From: Eledone cirrhosa | Taxonomy: Eukaryota | DNA: 64,000 bases | Direction of reading: 5' to 3' | NCBI GenBank assembly: GCA_964016885.1 | Contig: OZ024742.1 | Span: 91,574,001 to 91,638,000 of the forward strand | Translations under genes and position numbers: made by a program | The notes under the pieces: generated by a model | What the model was told of the DNA's origin: nothing | Database searches by the model: none | The model's input: the letters and a program-made list of their open reading frames with translations, nothing else | Part shown: piece by piece, positions 11,193-23,479 of the stretch | Layout of the letters: the number at the start of each line of letters is the position of its first letter | How positions within the stretch are numbered: the first letter of the stretch is position 1

Positions 11193-11737
11193 AAAACAAA
11201 GGGCTTTTTGTTAGAGCGTTTTGAATTTTTCTTCGGAAAATATGACGTCTGTATTGTGCTCTTCTGGTAAGCGGGCGCGCGCATAAACATAATAATAGAA
11301 CAAGACATTACAATAACACTACATATGTGTGTCTGTGTGTTCATAGATACACACACATACTTGTAAGATATATTGTATATATTTTGTGTATCCGATTCGT
11401 GGTTGTTCATGTTTAACTTAGTTAGGTGGGATCTGTCATCACTGTTTCTGTTCCGGCACCACCAGCTGCAAGATTAGAACCCGCTCCCTACATTCCCACC
11501 TGCGTTGAGTGTAGTTGACGTCATATAGAAAGGAACGAGTCAAGACTGTCTGCTTTAAAACAGTCTATCATCACCTTGTATTAGTTCAACTAACATTTCT
11601 TACGAAACTGAACCGTTGGTTAGTTGACTGGCTGAATATTAATGTCAATGCTGTTGTTAAACCTGATTGAAAATATCCATCATCAAATCCGTTCCAGCCG
11701 TGACCACGATTTCCTATTTTTTTTTTTTTTTACAGAA

Positions 11738-11900
11738 AATGGCTAGGTGGTTAAGAGGTTCCCTTCGCAACCATGTAGTTCCGAGTTCAATCCCACTGTA
11801 TGGCACTTTGGGGAAGTGTCTCTAATAGCCTACTGCTGACCAACAATTTCTGAGTGAAATTTTATAGAGGCAAACTGGTGGAAAGCCCTTCGTGTGTTCA
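11738..11900 (+). mobile_element. tRNA-derived SINE, family B, degenerate
   Basis: A-box TGGCTAGGTGG and B-box GAGTTCAATCCC. Related copies at ~36310-36460 (+) and ~39850-39990 (-). Confidence 0.65.
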
Positions 11901-11912
11901 TTATGTGTGTGC

Positions 11913-12098
11913 GCGGTGGATTGGCAGTATCGGTAGAGGGTCGGACGCCATGCTTTGACGCATAGAGTTACGGCCCTTGCCATTCTGAGTTCAAATCCCG
12001 CCGAGGTTAACTTTGCCTTTCATCCTTACGGGGTCGATAAAATAAAGTACCAGTAATGCACTGGGTAATTGCTGGCCTTGTGCCAAAAGTAGAAACAA

Positions 12099-12100
<2 letters not shown>
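11913..12100 (+). mobile_element. SINE family A (internally deleted variant)
   Basis: GCGGTGGATTGGCAGTATCGGTAGAG...CTGAGTTCAAATCCCGCCGAGGTTAACTTTGCCTTTCATCCTTACGGGGTCGATAAAATAAAGTACCAG...GAAACAATT. More than 12 related copies in the window. Confidence 0.9.
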
Positions 12101-12136
<36 letters not shown>

Positions 12137-13240
12137 ATCCATGTGCATACGCTTACTGTCTGGTTATGTTTTGCAGTTCGACAGATAAAATCGATAAATT
12201 ATGTACCAGACATGGAAAAAAAAAAAAAAAAGTCATGAATTCAATATGATCCTCAAGAAACTTTTCAAGGTGGTGCTCCAGCATGGATGCATTCTAATGA
12301 CTGAAACTAGTGTAAGAGAAAAAAGTGAGTATCTAGAACTATATCATTATATATGACCTTCCATCTTTTGAAGGGTCACTTACAGTTAAAAACAGACCAG
12401 CTCTTTAACAAACCAGCACTTTGTGTTTTGAGTTCAAATATTAACGAGGCCAACTTTGAATTTCATCCTTCCAGGGTCGATAAATAACATACCAGTCTAA
12501 AATGGGGGACTGGCAGAATCATTGGAGCGATGGACAGGACGCCTTCCGATATTTGCTCCACCGTTTTGTGTTACGAGTTCAAATTCCACACAGGCCTATC
12601 TGCTTAAAGAATTAATTGACCACCCTTTTCAATATCAGGACCTGACGTTTGGATGTTTTTAGTAGAGTCCATCCTGTTGCAAGTATTCGAGCTAGGTCTG
12701 TGGTCTGTAGATAATTTCCCCTCTCCCTTCCTCTATCCCCACCGTTCTTGTAGACCCCTGAGAAGGATCAAGGATACTGTCTTCTCTTATGTCTCAGCGA
12801 TACAAAATAATTTAATATGTTTTAAGCTCTTTCTAGTAGGTCGAGCGACCACATGTCTTTTTCATTGGCTCCTCTGGTAAATGCTGTTGGTTGTTATTCT
12901 TGTTTTTATTGGTACAGTAGTGTTGGTGGGGTGGTGAGAATGGTGGTAGATGTGTAGTCAGATGGTGGTGGTGTTGGCAGTGGTGTTGTCGTCAGATGTG
13001 ATAGGGGCGTTGGTGTAGTCAGAATTAGTAATACTTGAAATCTTCTTTAACGTGTCTGTCACATATCTACTACACGAATATAACATTTCAAAGTGTTGCA
13101 ATGTTCTCATACCTCTAGATAACTCCATCAAATATTACAGGCATCCGTCGTTTCTGTGGCAGATAGCACTTGAAATGGGTTTGGCTACGGTGATAGGCAG
13201 TGTGGGTAAGAAATATACCATATGGTAATAGCGACGACAA

Positions 13241-13312
<72 letters not shown>

Positions 13313-13318
<6 letters not shown>

Positions 13319-13805
13319 GTAAGAACGCCGACGGCTGAGCTCCGGCCGTCTCGACAGCTAGATTCGAGCTAATCCAGCAGTATCCTGCTGGATTAGTTCG
13401 GATCTAGCTGTCGAATCTAACTCTTTTCCCATTAACCAGTCTACTACCCTAAGTATCGAGTACTCTGGTGCATTATGGTCCACCTGGTTCCTTACCACAC
13501 TTTCTTTGTTGTGTATATATATATGTGTGTGTGTCTGATGGTAGCTAAGGTGCTTCCATAAGCGGTATGCCGGTTGAGCACTCTATGCTCTTACAGAGCA
13601 GAGTATCATATAATATAAAACAAAAAATTAGTGATGCATCTGAACTCTATTGTGTGTTACAATTGTTTCGCCGGCGGACAGCTCGAGGCACGATCATTGT
13701 GTGGATCTGTCTGATTCTGGATCTGCAGGTTTGACGGACACGTCTAATGATTTCGGAGCAAATTCCTTCACGTATATCACGATGGTGCCCCGACAACTCT
13801 ATCAG

Positions 13806-13808
<3 letters not shown>
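13313..13808. mobile_element. Non-coding structured element bounded by (TA)n on both sides, probably Penelope pseudo-LTR-derived
   Basis: Flanked by TA tracts at ~13250-13312 and 13809-13838. Contains a 30-bp hairpin (13351-13414) and a minus-strand HHR-like motif. Confidence 0.5.
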
Positions 13809-13841
<33 letters not shown>

Positions 13842-13876
13842 CTGATAGAGTTGTCGGGGCACCATCGTGATATACG
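13781..13876. repeat. Perfect inverted repeat centred on (TA)n
   Basis: CGTATATCACGATGGTGCCCCGACAACTCTATCAGTGAA-(TA)n-TTCACTGATAGAGTTGTCGGGGCACCATCGTGATATACG. Confidence 0.95.
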
Positions 13877-16034
13877 GCATTTAAACTTGTGTCTTGGACA
13901 TTTAAACTTAGTAGAATCCATCCTCTTTCCAGGTCCGAACACAGTCGATTTCTTTAACAGAGAGAGAGTTGACCCTAATACTTGACTGGTAGTTTATCAA
14001 CCTCGAAAGGATGAAATGCAAAGTTGACTTCACCGTGATTTGAATTCACTGTGTAGAGCGGCAGAACAAATCACGGGAAATATATTTCCAACATTCTAAC
14101 GACTTTACCAACTCGTCGATTGAAGAAGTCATAGTGAATTGGTACAGTATGATAGGGGAGGGGTAATATGCTGTGAAGACATTCTATGCTGATGCAGTGT
14201 GGTTGTAAAGACATTGGATGTTAATAGAGCGTGGTAGCGGAAACATAGCTTGGCAGTGAAGATATAATTGTTAGTATAGTGTGGCAGAGTAAACAGTGTG
14301 GTACTGAAGACACAGGATATTAGTATAGTTTGGTAGCAGAGGCTGTAGTGGTGTCGTGTGGTGGTGAAGACATTGTGCTGGTAAAGTTTGGTAGCATAGA
14401 TACTAATCATCAATATAACTACTATTCTCCATCAAAAATATGAACGCCAGCACACATTACCAGCAACATAGGAATACTTTACGCGATCACTTGGTATGTT
14501 AAAAATAGCAGCCTAATCTCTCTCAAATCTTACTATTCAAGAAGTAAAATCACATTAGATAATGTCTGATTAAAATACAGAATAGTAACAGATGGAGAAT
14601 ATCATAAGTTTATATAACGAGGATTGATTTAGGATTTTAGCAACAACACTTACCTCTACCACCAGTCTAGTCCGCTCTTCTAGAAAAAATGACTTTTATC
14701 TCTATGTGTAAGTACAAAGACGGGTGGGTGGCATAATTCAAAGGTTTCACCTGTCAATATATTCAACCAAGCTGATTCAGCTTCGAAATTATATTCAGAG
14801 TATATGTGTATGTATTACTCAGCCACATACACGTTAATTCATGAGTCAGCGCTCAGTTGATCGAACAACGGAACGCTCATCGTCGAAACCAATTGATGTT
14901 CCATCTTCATAAGCCTCAGCGTGATATCTATTGATAAATACCTTGTGAGCGAAACTTTTTAGACGGAAAGTGTGCGGAAGTCTGTCATTATATATATATA
15001 TATATATGTGGGGCGGAGGGTACGTTTACTATATGTTTAGATCCCGTAAACTAGCATTTCGACAAAAGAGATCGATAAAATATGAACCAGATATAAATAT
15101 ATGTATTAGGGTTGTTATGATCGACAAAATCCCTGAAAAACAGTTCACCACTATGTTGGCAAACTTATAACGGAAACCTGTAAAATAAATTGGTAATTGA
15201 AACATAGCATTTCATACTTTTTATACGACAAACTATGTGCATAATCTATGGAAAGGCTTGAATACCTCGAAATCTAGTGCCTACATTAAGATATTTGTGT
15301 GTGTGCATGCGCGTACGCACTCTACCAGAAATTGAAAATGAGAAATTGACACTGCTCTCGCTAAAGGTCGAAACCATTGATCACAACTACATCAGCGCTA
15401 ATTCGAAATACTTATCATCAACACAATTTGCACTAAATATTGAAGATCACTGCATGCATTTTAGCAAATATACAAAAAATGGAATTGAATCGGACCATCA
15501 AGTATATTTTTTAACAATTTCTGTTCAGAAACAATATATATGTGATCATCAGATGTACTTTAATGTTTTGTGACAAATGAAGAAAATAAAGGAGAATTTA
15601 CAATGTTGTTAGAACATCAGATAGAAGACTTTGCAGTGTTCACTTCAACTCGCAGTGCTATGAGTTTATATTCCGCTGAAGTCGTTAAATAATATACTAG
15701 TGAAGTATTGAGGTCGATTCTTCCACTTTGCCCTATCCCCTCTCTTTCTCTCAGGAAGAAATCGGTTGTGTTTAAGCCTGGTGTAAATCACAAGACATGT
15801 CGTTTATCACTACAGCGTCCTTACGATTCAACCAAAGTTAAGCACCCATACATATATGTATGATAGAGTCGTAGGACCACCATAGTGATATATACGTTGT
15901 GTCTTGGGCATTTGAAAAACCTGGCGGTGTTCATCTCTCCATGAATGAACACAGTTGATTTTTTTCGAGTTAGTGACAGGAAAAATGATAGCTAGACTCG
16001 ACTGATAATTTTTTTGTCGACCTTCAACGTACAC

Positions 16035-16370
16035 TATGTCGTCTGCAAATTCCAGTCAGAGATCAGAGATTCACTCCAGGTAGAGCCGCAACTTCTCCAA
16101 ATTGAGAGATCACAGCTCCGATACTATGGGCATATGGTTAGAATGTTTCGGGAAAGAATCGCTGGACAGATTTTACGGGCGAAACCAACAGGTAGGACAC
16201 CCAGGTGTAGACCGAGGAAAAAGGTTGGATAACATCCATGAGTATAGTGGGTCGCGCTTGGAGATCCAGCCAGATCAGTTGGAGACGGTTTCCTCTGACA
16301 GGACCCGTTGGAGGGAGTGTTTGAGGACTCCGCCCCCACAACCCTCTCAGGAATAAGTGGGCAAAGAAGA
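16035..16370 (+). mobile_element. RTE-clade LINE 3' fragment
   Basis: SEIRDSLQVEPQLLQIERSQLRYYGHMVRM...KPTGRTPRCRP, followed by DRTRWR. These match the RTE C-terminal LRWxGHVxRM and GRP motifs. Same family as 51640-52130. Confidence 0.8.
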
Positions 16371-16738
16371 CCTTCAGGGTATGACAGGTTATGTTGATCT
16401 CGTCAAATTTTGAATTCAGGACGCTAAGAGCCGGAATGAATACCGCAAAGAATTCTATACGATGTTTATAAATATACACTATACTATAGTTTATTCCATT
16501 TTTTTTTCTTCTATTTGACAGGATGAAAGACCCGGTCATAAGTTGCAGTGTTTGTTTTCGTTGCAGTGCATTTCACCCTCCAATACCAATAGTGGCGATG
16601 ATATAACTAATATACTATCACCATTATTTATTTTATAACGAACATATAAAAGTATATAAGAAAATATCTACTATCACAAGGCATTGTAAGGAAAACTTGA
16701 TAGAGTGGAAAATGTGCAGAGGTTCATCGTTTACGTGC

Positions 16739-16777
<39 letters not shown>

Positions 16778-16849
16778 GAGAGAGAAAGGGGAGTGTGTGT
16801 AAATCCCGACAGCGGTGCCAAGCGGTTACGATTTTCAAAAGCTTGCTGA

Positions 16850-16968
16850 ACACAAGACGACACCGCTTGGTGCCGCGGTCCGTATTCAACATCTCTATGC
16901 ACTCTACATCTCCCCATATAACGAGTACTCATTGATTTGTGGCCTCCTCGGTCTCCGATCCGCAGACT
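16850..16968 (+). mobile_element. Tc1/mariner transposase remnant
   Basis: QDD followed by WPPRSP (16940-16957), matching the WPPxSPDL motif of IS630-Tc1-mariner transposases. Confidence 0.45.
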
Positions 16969-17044
16969 TTATATATATATAATATATATATATAGAAATG
17001 ACCTCTACAAAACTAAAACTTGGTTAACTCCCGACACAACGCGG

Positions 17045-17402
17045 GAATCTACATTATATATGGTAAAGACCCCCTTCAGTCACGAATGGCAAAGGGATTT
17101 GCACCTAGAAACTTCCCCTCTGAGGCACCAGTCTGAGCAATGTTGTTTGTGGAAGACCAGAAGTCGCCCATGCGTACCAGTTTCCCCCTCTCCAAGCCAC
17201 CGATGTTGTACAAGAGAAAGGCAATAGTCGATGCTCATGGAACCAGTGGCGTCGCAACTCATTTCTATAGCCGAGTTAACTGGAACAACGTGAAATAAAG
17301 TGTCTTGGTCAAAGACACAACACATCGCTCGGTCCAGCAATCAAATTCAAAACCACTCGACTACAAGCCCAACGCTCTAACTGCTAAGCCATACACCTTC
17401 AC
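17045..17402 (-). mobile_element. tRNA-derived SINE, family C
   Basis: Minus head GAAGGTGTATGGCTTAGCAGTTAGAGCGTTGGGC...GCTGGACCGAGCG. Related heads at 60335-60620 (+), 25365-25560 (+) and 57240-57370 (-). Confidence 0.65.
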
Positions 17403-18337
17403 ATGTATATGTGTGGGCGCGCACGTGTGTGTGTGTTTGTGTGTTTGTAGCACGCAATTTAGCGGCTCGATAAAAGTAGCAGGCTAAAAAAAATGCACTA
17501 AAGTTAAAATGATCGATTAAATTCCTTGAACGTGTTGCTCCAGTGACCGCAGTCTAATGAAATAGATCAGTAATATATATATTAGGCCTGTTTATCCCGA
17601 TGTAACAGTTTACGATAAACCAAAATGCATTCGATATGCAGCTGAACACGTGCATACACGACCTATGTAAAAATTTAAACCATTATCTATATTAAAACTA
17701 CAATACCACCACTATATCAGTAGTTTTTCAATATTTTGTGTACACTATCGCTTTTGGTGCAGCAGTACATTATGCAATTGCATTTCTGAGCCACCAAATT
17801 ATGTATGCATGTATATACTAAAGTTTATCCAGCTTATTAAATTTGTCCAAAAGTTTTTTTTAAATATATTTTTCTTCTTAATGATATTTACATCAATATA
17901 AAAGTTGTACACTATGACGCTCGTGTATTAACGGTTATTTGCATTCGTTTGTTCTGTAAGAACATGAGCCAAAATAAAGTTATACACTTTCTATTCTTCA
18001 AAATATAGTATTGCTTTTAAAACAAAAGAGAGCAGCAAATATTTATTGAAATTCTTCCAAAAAATAATAAAACAATTCTTTGGGAGAATATCAATATGAA
18101 TGTTGAAAAAAATTTCATGAACAGAATAGGAAATTTCATTACGCTTTGAAGGTGATATTAAAGAATATTTTCGACTGTTCTTGCAGCAACGTGCGTTAGT
18201 ACGAGAAAGAAAAGAAAAACAAACAAAAACGTTCAATTTATATTTTAAATGTACAGTAACGTTGTCTACTAGCTATAAAATAAAATACTCAAATGCAGAT
18301 AAGAAGAAACGTAAAACCAAAATAATTTGAAACTCAC

Positions 18338-18445
18338 TGGTGCGAAGATTCGAACTTCATTTATACAATCTCCCGTATCGCTAAAACACGTCGGTATATC
18401 TTTGGAGACAGCAAAAAATCAACAAAATGGCGACAGCCTTGCTTT
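18338..18445 (-). promoter_or_regulatory. Candidate promoter/first exon of the AT-hook gene
   Basis: YY1-type CGCCATTTT at ~18424-18432 in unique, CpG-bearing sequence. Consensus donor CCA|GTGAGT with the intron starting at 18337. Short ATG at 18360 (MKFESSH). Confidence 0.45.
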
Positions 18446-20415
18446 AAAAGGTATGGCTTAATTTGAATAGAGACCACAGAGCCACACAGTCCTCAGCCGT
18501 TCTAATTGATTTAATAAACTTTAGGCAATGCATGCATTTCTAAAATTTGGTAAACAGTTTACCTTATGAATTATTTAAAAAAAAATTAAACAAACAAAAT
18601 ATGCATTGAATGTATAAAAATATTACACCTTTTAATGTCAAAACTTCAATATTTAATTTTACAAAATTAAATTCCAGCAGAGGTGTTAAAATAAAATTAA
18701 TTTCCAAAAACAAAAAAAAAAAAAAAAAAAAATAGTAAGTTTACAATTTATTAATATAGGATATTGATAGAAATACAAAGTTGGAAAAAATGTATGTGTG
18801 TGTGGAAATTAATAGTAAACATGTTTGATTTCGTAAACAAGTCGCTGGTTTATAATATTTCTGTATGTTTTCTTCAGCCGATGAAATTTAACGTATGTTT
18901 CTGGTCTCCAATTATCATTGCTATTGGCTAACTAAAAAACTGTTTATGTGTGAGTCCTTGGTTTGTGTCACAATCAATTCAAATGTTCACTATTGCTTCA
19001 AAAAGTTCTCATTGCAGCAAAGAAATAGGAATCTGGTGAAACAGAGGATGGTCTGCGCCTGTAAAAAAAAAAAAATAATAATAAAGCGCAGTACACCGTT
19101 TTTACTCAACTTCTAATGAAACTCACAATTTTCAACATTTTTTGAATAACAATAATCAAGAATTAAGAGGTGTTTAATAGTCGCTTTTTAATTATTAAGC
19201 TGGTGGTTTGAACATATCATAGCATAGGTTCTTACATAAGATTAGCATGAAAGGATCAATATATACATTTAAAGTAGATATTTTTGTATCATATAACCAA
19301 GCGCGTATTTCAGATGTTTTGCTATCAATTGTGTTTGAGAAGTTCGTGTGCCATGAGGAGATATTAGTACTTGAGTGAGAAGGAGACGACGAATGATAAT
19401 AAGACCCTACCGTTTGACACTCATTTGAACAAAGGCTGTTTAAACCCCGTTTACTCGCGAAAGAATAACGATTTCTTCTTTAGGTACAAGGCCAGTAATG
19501 TTTGGAGAAAAGGAATGAATGAATGAGAGTATGTTCAAAATTGTAATCCAAAGGTTTGCAGCCAGGTAGCTGGATAATTGGATAGGGGTGTACCTAATGA
19601 AGCTCAACTTGAACAATTTTCAGAACTGCATGAATCCATCAATGTCTTTCTACAGCAACTTATCCAAAATATAATGAATTCGCAGTTATATTTATCTTAA
19701 GTATTACAGGCAATGAGAGATACTGCTGCTTGTTTATAATATGTGCGCCCTAACCTCGGTACAAGGCTACATATTTATTAGTATTAGTGGAGGGGAAATT
19801 GTTTAAAATGACCACATTACTCGACAAGTCTTTATTTCATCCACCCACCCAGGAAGATGTAAAAGCAGAGCTGTTGCGCGATTTGAACGCAAAAGCAACA
19901 TAATTATCGTACAGAATGTTGCGTACTATTTTACCAATTTCACTATCCATTAACTTTAGATTTTATCCTGCCTAGGTCAGTAAAATGAGTACTGGTCTAC
20001 CTAGTCTTGCTTCAACGAATCTCCCATGAATTTTTAATCATGTTCAGATTACCAGAAGCTAAAATGAAATTGATTTGAATCTATTCTCTTGAAAGTTACT
20101 TTATTCTCTATGATTTCAGATTGCACCCTCAAATCATTCTCCAATTGCACTCCAATTGCTTTATACAATAAATGTATTATAGGTTGTAAGCATTATAATT
20201 TATCATATCTAAATAAAAGGTTATAGAATTTGAAATCAGTTCCAGGCTAGCTCCGGGGTTAATATGAACGCGATTTCAAATTGGTAGGAGGTAATATCAA
20301 ATGAGGTGGGACTATAGCTTGAAATCTTTTGACAGGGGTTTCACATCATTGACTGTTTATTCCTCATAAGCATATACACTTAAGCTTAAGTTATATATAA
20401 TTGTCATCATTATTA

Positions 20416-20591
20416 TTGGCAGTATTGGTAGAGGGTAAGACATGCTTTCCAGCGTAGTTACGTCCATTTACGATCTGAGTTCAAATCCCTCCGAGGTTAA
20501 CTTTGCCTTTCATCCTTACGGGGTCGATAAAATAAAGTACCAGTAATACACTGGGTAATTGCTGGCCTTGTGCCAAAAGTAGAAACAATTA
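20416..20591 (+). mobile_element. SINE family A (deleted variant)
   Basis: Near-identical to 11913-12100. Confidence 0.9.
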
Positions 20592-20997
20592 TTAATATAA
20601 AGAAGTGGTAGAAACGGAGTTTACATAAGTTCTTCTGTGTTCTTAGTTGAAATGCTGCAAAGTCGATAAACTAAACAAATCTAATACTTATTGTACTTCA
20701 CATCGGTGAAGGTCCGTGGCCTTGTAGGTAAGAGTTCTAAACCAAGTGGCACATTGTGTTTCTTCACATTATAGGACGATTGGATTCAGCCCCTTACCAA
20801 TAAAACAACCCAGAAATTTCCCATGGGATTTAACTTCGCAAGAGGCCAGCTAAACTTACATAGGTATTAGATGTAAACTAAATTTTATATTCCCCTCATT
20901 CACAATCTGTGACATTATGGTAAAGTTATTAATAATTTGTAAACTGGTCCGTCGCTTACAGAAATGCATACATATGCACCCACAGAGACATGTATGC

Positions 20998-21054
<57 letters not shown>

Positions 21055-21269
21055 GGTCTTCACTGACAATCGACTATGATTTAGTATTATAATATGGTTT
21101 TACTCAAGATTATATGTGCACGTGCAGTCATGAATAGAATCAAACACCCTCACAACCCGATTTCCCGCTCTCTTTCTCAAAGATGCCTGATGTACACATA
21201 TATACACATACAGGCAGAGAAAGAGAGTGAAAACATATATACAAAATTCAAACTAACTATTTAGGAGGC

Positions 21270-22200
21270 CTACGCACTGGTGGCGCAGGCGGACAGAATG
21301 GCGCAGGCGGACAGAATGGCGCAGGGGAACAGAATAGAGCAGGCGTTTCCCCGGAGGATAGTGAGCGTGACGTGCTGGAAGAGCCATTCTAGCTCGCGAG
21401 GCTCATACTTGCAGGTAGCCAACCCTGTGCCGATGGTGGTGAGCAGGGAGGTGTCCCTAAGGCCAAGGACACCAGAAATCTCCACTGCCGCGAGCTCGAC
21501 CGCAAACTATCGGAGAGCGACCGATATTTGGAAAGTTTACCCTCCTCGGCCCGAAGATCAGCAAAGCTTGGTTTAGTCGCAGATTGCACCAGATTGCCGC
21601 TGGAGAATGTTTTGCTGCATGTTGCATCCAAGATGAGGGGCTTACCACCGCGGAACGGGAAAATGGTCATGCCGTCTGGACTTTGCCGTCCCCCTCAGAC
21701 CAGCATCGCGGGCTCGAGCTGGGAGGGGAAGCCTGCAGGATCCAAGCCATGCTTTATGACCACGTTGAGAGCAGCATGTTGTGGAAGGCGGCCGGCATTG
21801 TAACAGCAAGACAGCGGGAGGACACCCAAAGTGTCTACGGTGGGTCTGCAGCGACATTTGTGCGGCTCGCTTGTCCAGAGGCCGAGCCTCAGGGAAACCC
21901 CGATTCGCAGGCTATCATTATCCAGCTGTGTGTCAGTTGAAAAGAAGGGTAAGTTATTGAGGCTGACTCAAAACATGCCAAGTGGTGGTGGTCGAGCTGA
22001 CGTGCTAGCCTGTCCGTGGCCATCTGACACTGGACGGCATCCCATATGCTCTGGGGGGATTTGATGCCAACAGGGAGACGAAGAGATGAGACGTATCCTG
22101 GCCGGAGTCCACACCGGTTCCAAATCTCGCAGACGGCCCCACGTTCCTCGATTACAGTGGGTTCCGTTGTGTTTTGGAGAACGCTCTTGAGGACACGGCA
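21270..22200 (-). mobile_element. CRE-clade retrotransposon 3' fragment, degenerate paralogue of 7872-9560
   Basis: MTIFPFRGGKPLILDATCS...RAEEGKLSKYRSLSD and ELEWLFQHVTLTILRGNA. An 18-bp tandem duplication occurs at the 3' end (21282-21325). Confidence 0.88.
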
Positions 22201-22422
22201 TGAGGTCCAGATTTCACATCAGTATAGCAGGGCTGGAAGAACTTGCACAGAGAGCTTTGTTTCTCATGATACCCTATCTGACCATATATATGTGTATTAT
22301 TCTAATACAGACTGAGACCATGTTAGGACTCCGCCCTTTCGATGCTTCGGAACACCAAGGGCGGAGTGGGATGGAAGCGATAACGGAAAAAAAATCGCCG
22401 ATGTTGCCCTGACACCGCCGTT

Positions 22423-22470
<48 letters not shown>

Positions 22471-22699
22471 TACATACATGATGGCTGTCTCCTCGGTATC
22501 GAATATGGCCATTGCACAATATACCATTATTAATGATAATTAATTCTATCGTGCAATGCCTGTGCGTGAAGATATTTTTTAAAGTGAGGAAAGACTGTGC
22601 ACTGAGCCAATCCCACTCTCTGAGCGACAGTAGCTATAACCCGAAAAGAAGAAAATATCAACATCATCGGTAATTACTGAGCCGCAGTTTTTATATCGG

Positions 22700-22978
22700 A
22701 GTTATCCCAGTTTCCTGAGTTGCCTTCTCCTAGAAGAATGCCCTGACAAAGGCTAGGGGTCCTTCCCTCCCAGTGGTTTAACCTCGCGGTACATGTGTAT
22801 ATTCATATTTACACACTTTTGGATGGCCGTTGACTCTTATGAGTTCATCCGTCCTTTGTCAGGTTTTGTTTGTTGTCCGGCAGGGTGTCCAAAATCACCC
22901 TCCTCACCAAGTAAACTTGGTGGGGTTGCCGGTTTAGTCGCTGACGACCCGACCATGCGACAGGTTGTACTGGGTTAC
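22700..22978 (-). mobile_element. Probable RTE 5' UTR fragment with a highly structured leader
   Basis: Minus AGCCTTTGTCAGGGCATTCTTCTAGGAGAAGGCAACTC resembles the RTE 5' UTR motif. Multiple short stems; abuts (TA)n at 22980. Confidence 0.45.
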
Positions 22979-22981
22979 ATG

Positions 22982-23032
<51 letters not shown>

Positions 23033-23177
23033 TACTCATATGCACATACATTCATATATACACACACATATATATATATGTACACATACATACACACACA
23101 CACATATATATGTACACATATGCACACATATATACACACATATGTACACATACATACATACACATACATACACATGT

Positions 23178-23225
<48 letters not shown>

Positions 23226-23479
23226 ACACACGCACATACAGTATATATATATATATATACATATATACACACATACATAAATATGTGCTGATTGCTTCCT
23301 CTTTGCAGATGATTACCATTCCCAATGTACCGCCATCAACTGTCACTGCTCAAAGGCTCCGTTCATGGCCTCTTAGGTGGTGTTTAAGTCCAGGTGAAGA
23401 TTTGCACGGTCTGCAGCAAATGTGACAGACAAAAGATGTGGCCTATATTGGATTGATTGGGTCAGATTGTGGGATATCA

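Noticed and set aside
22793-23425. Long ORFs rich in YI/HT/CV (also near 11.1, 40.8, 46.0, 48.6 and 54.3 kb)
   Set aside because: Translations of (TA)n/(CA)n microsatellites.
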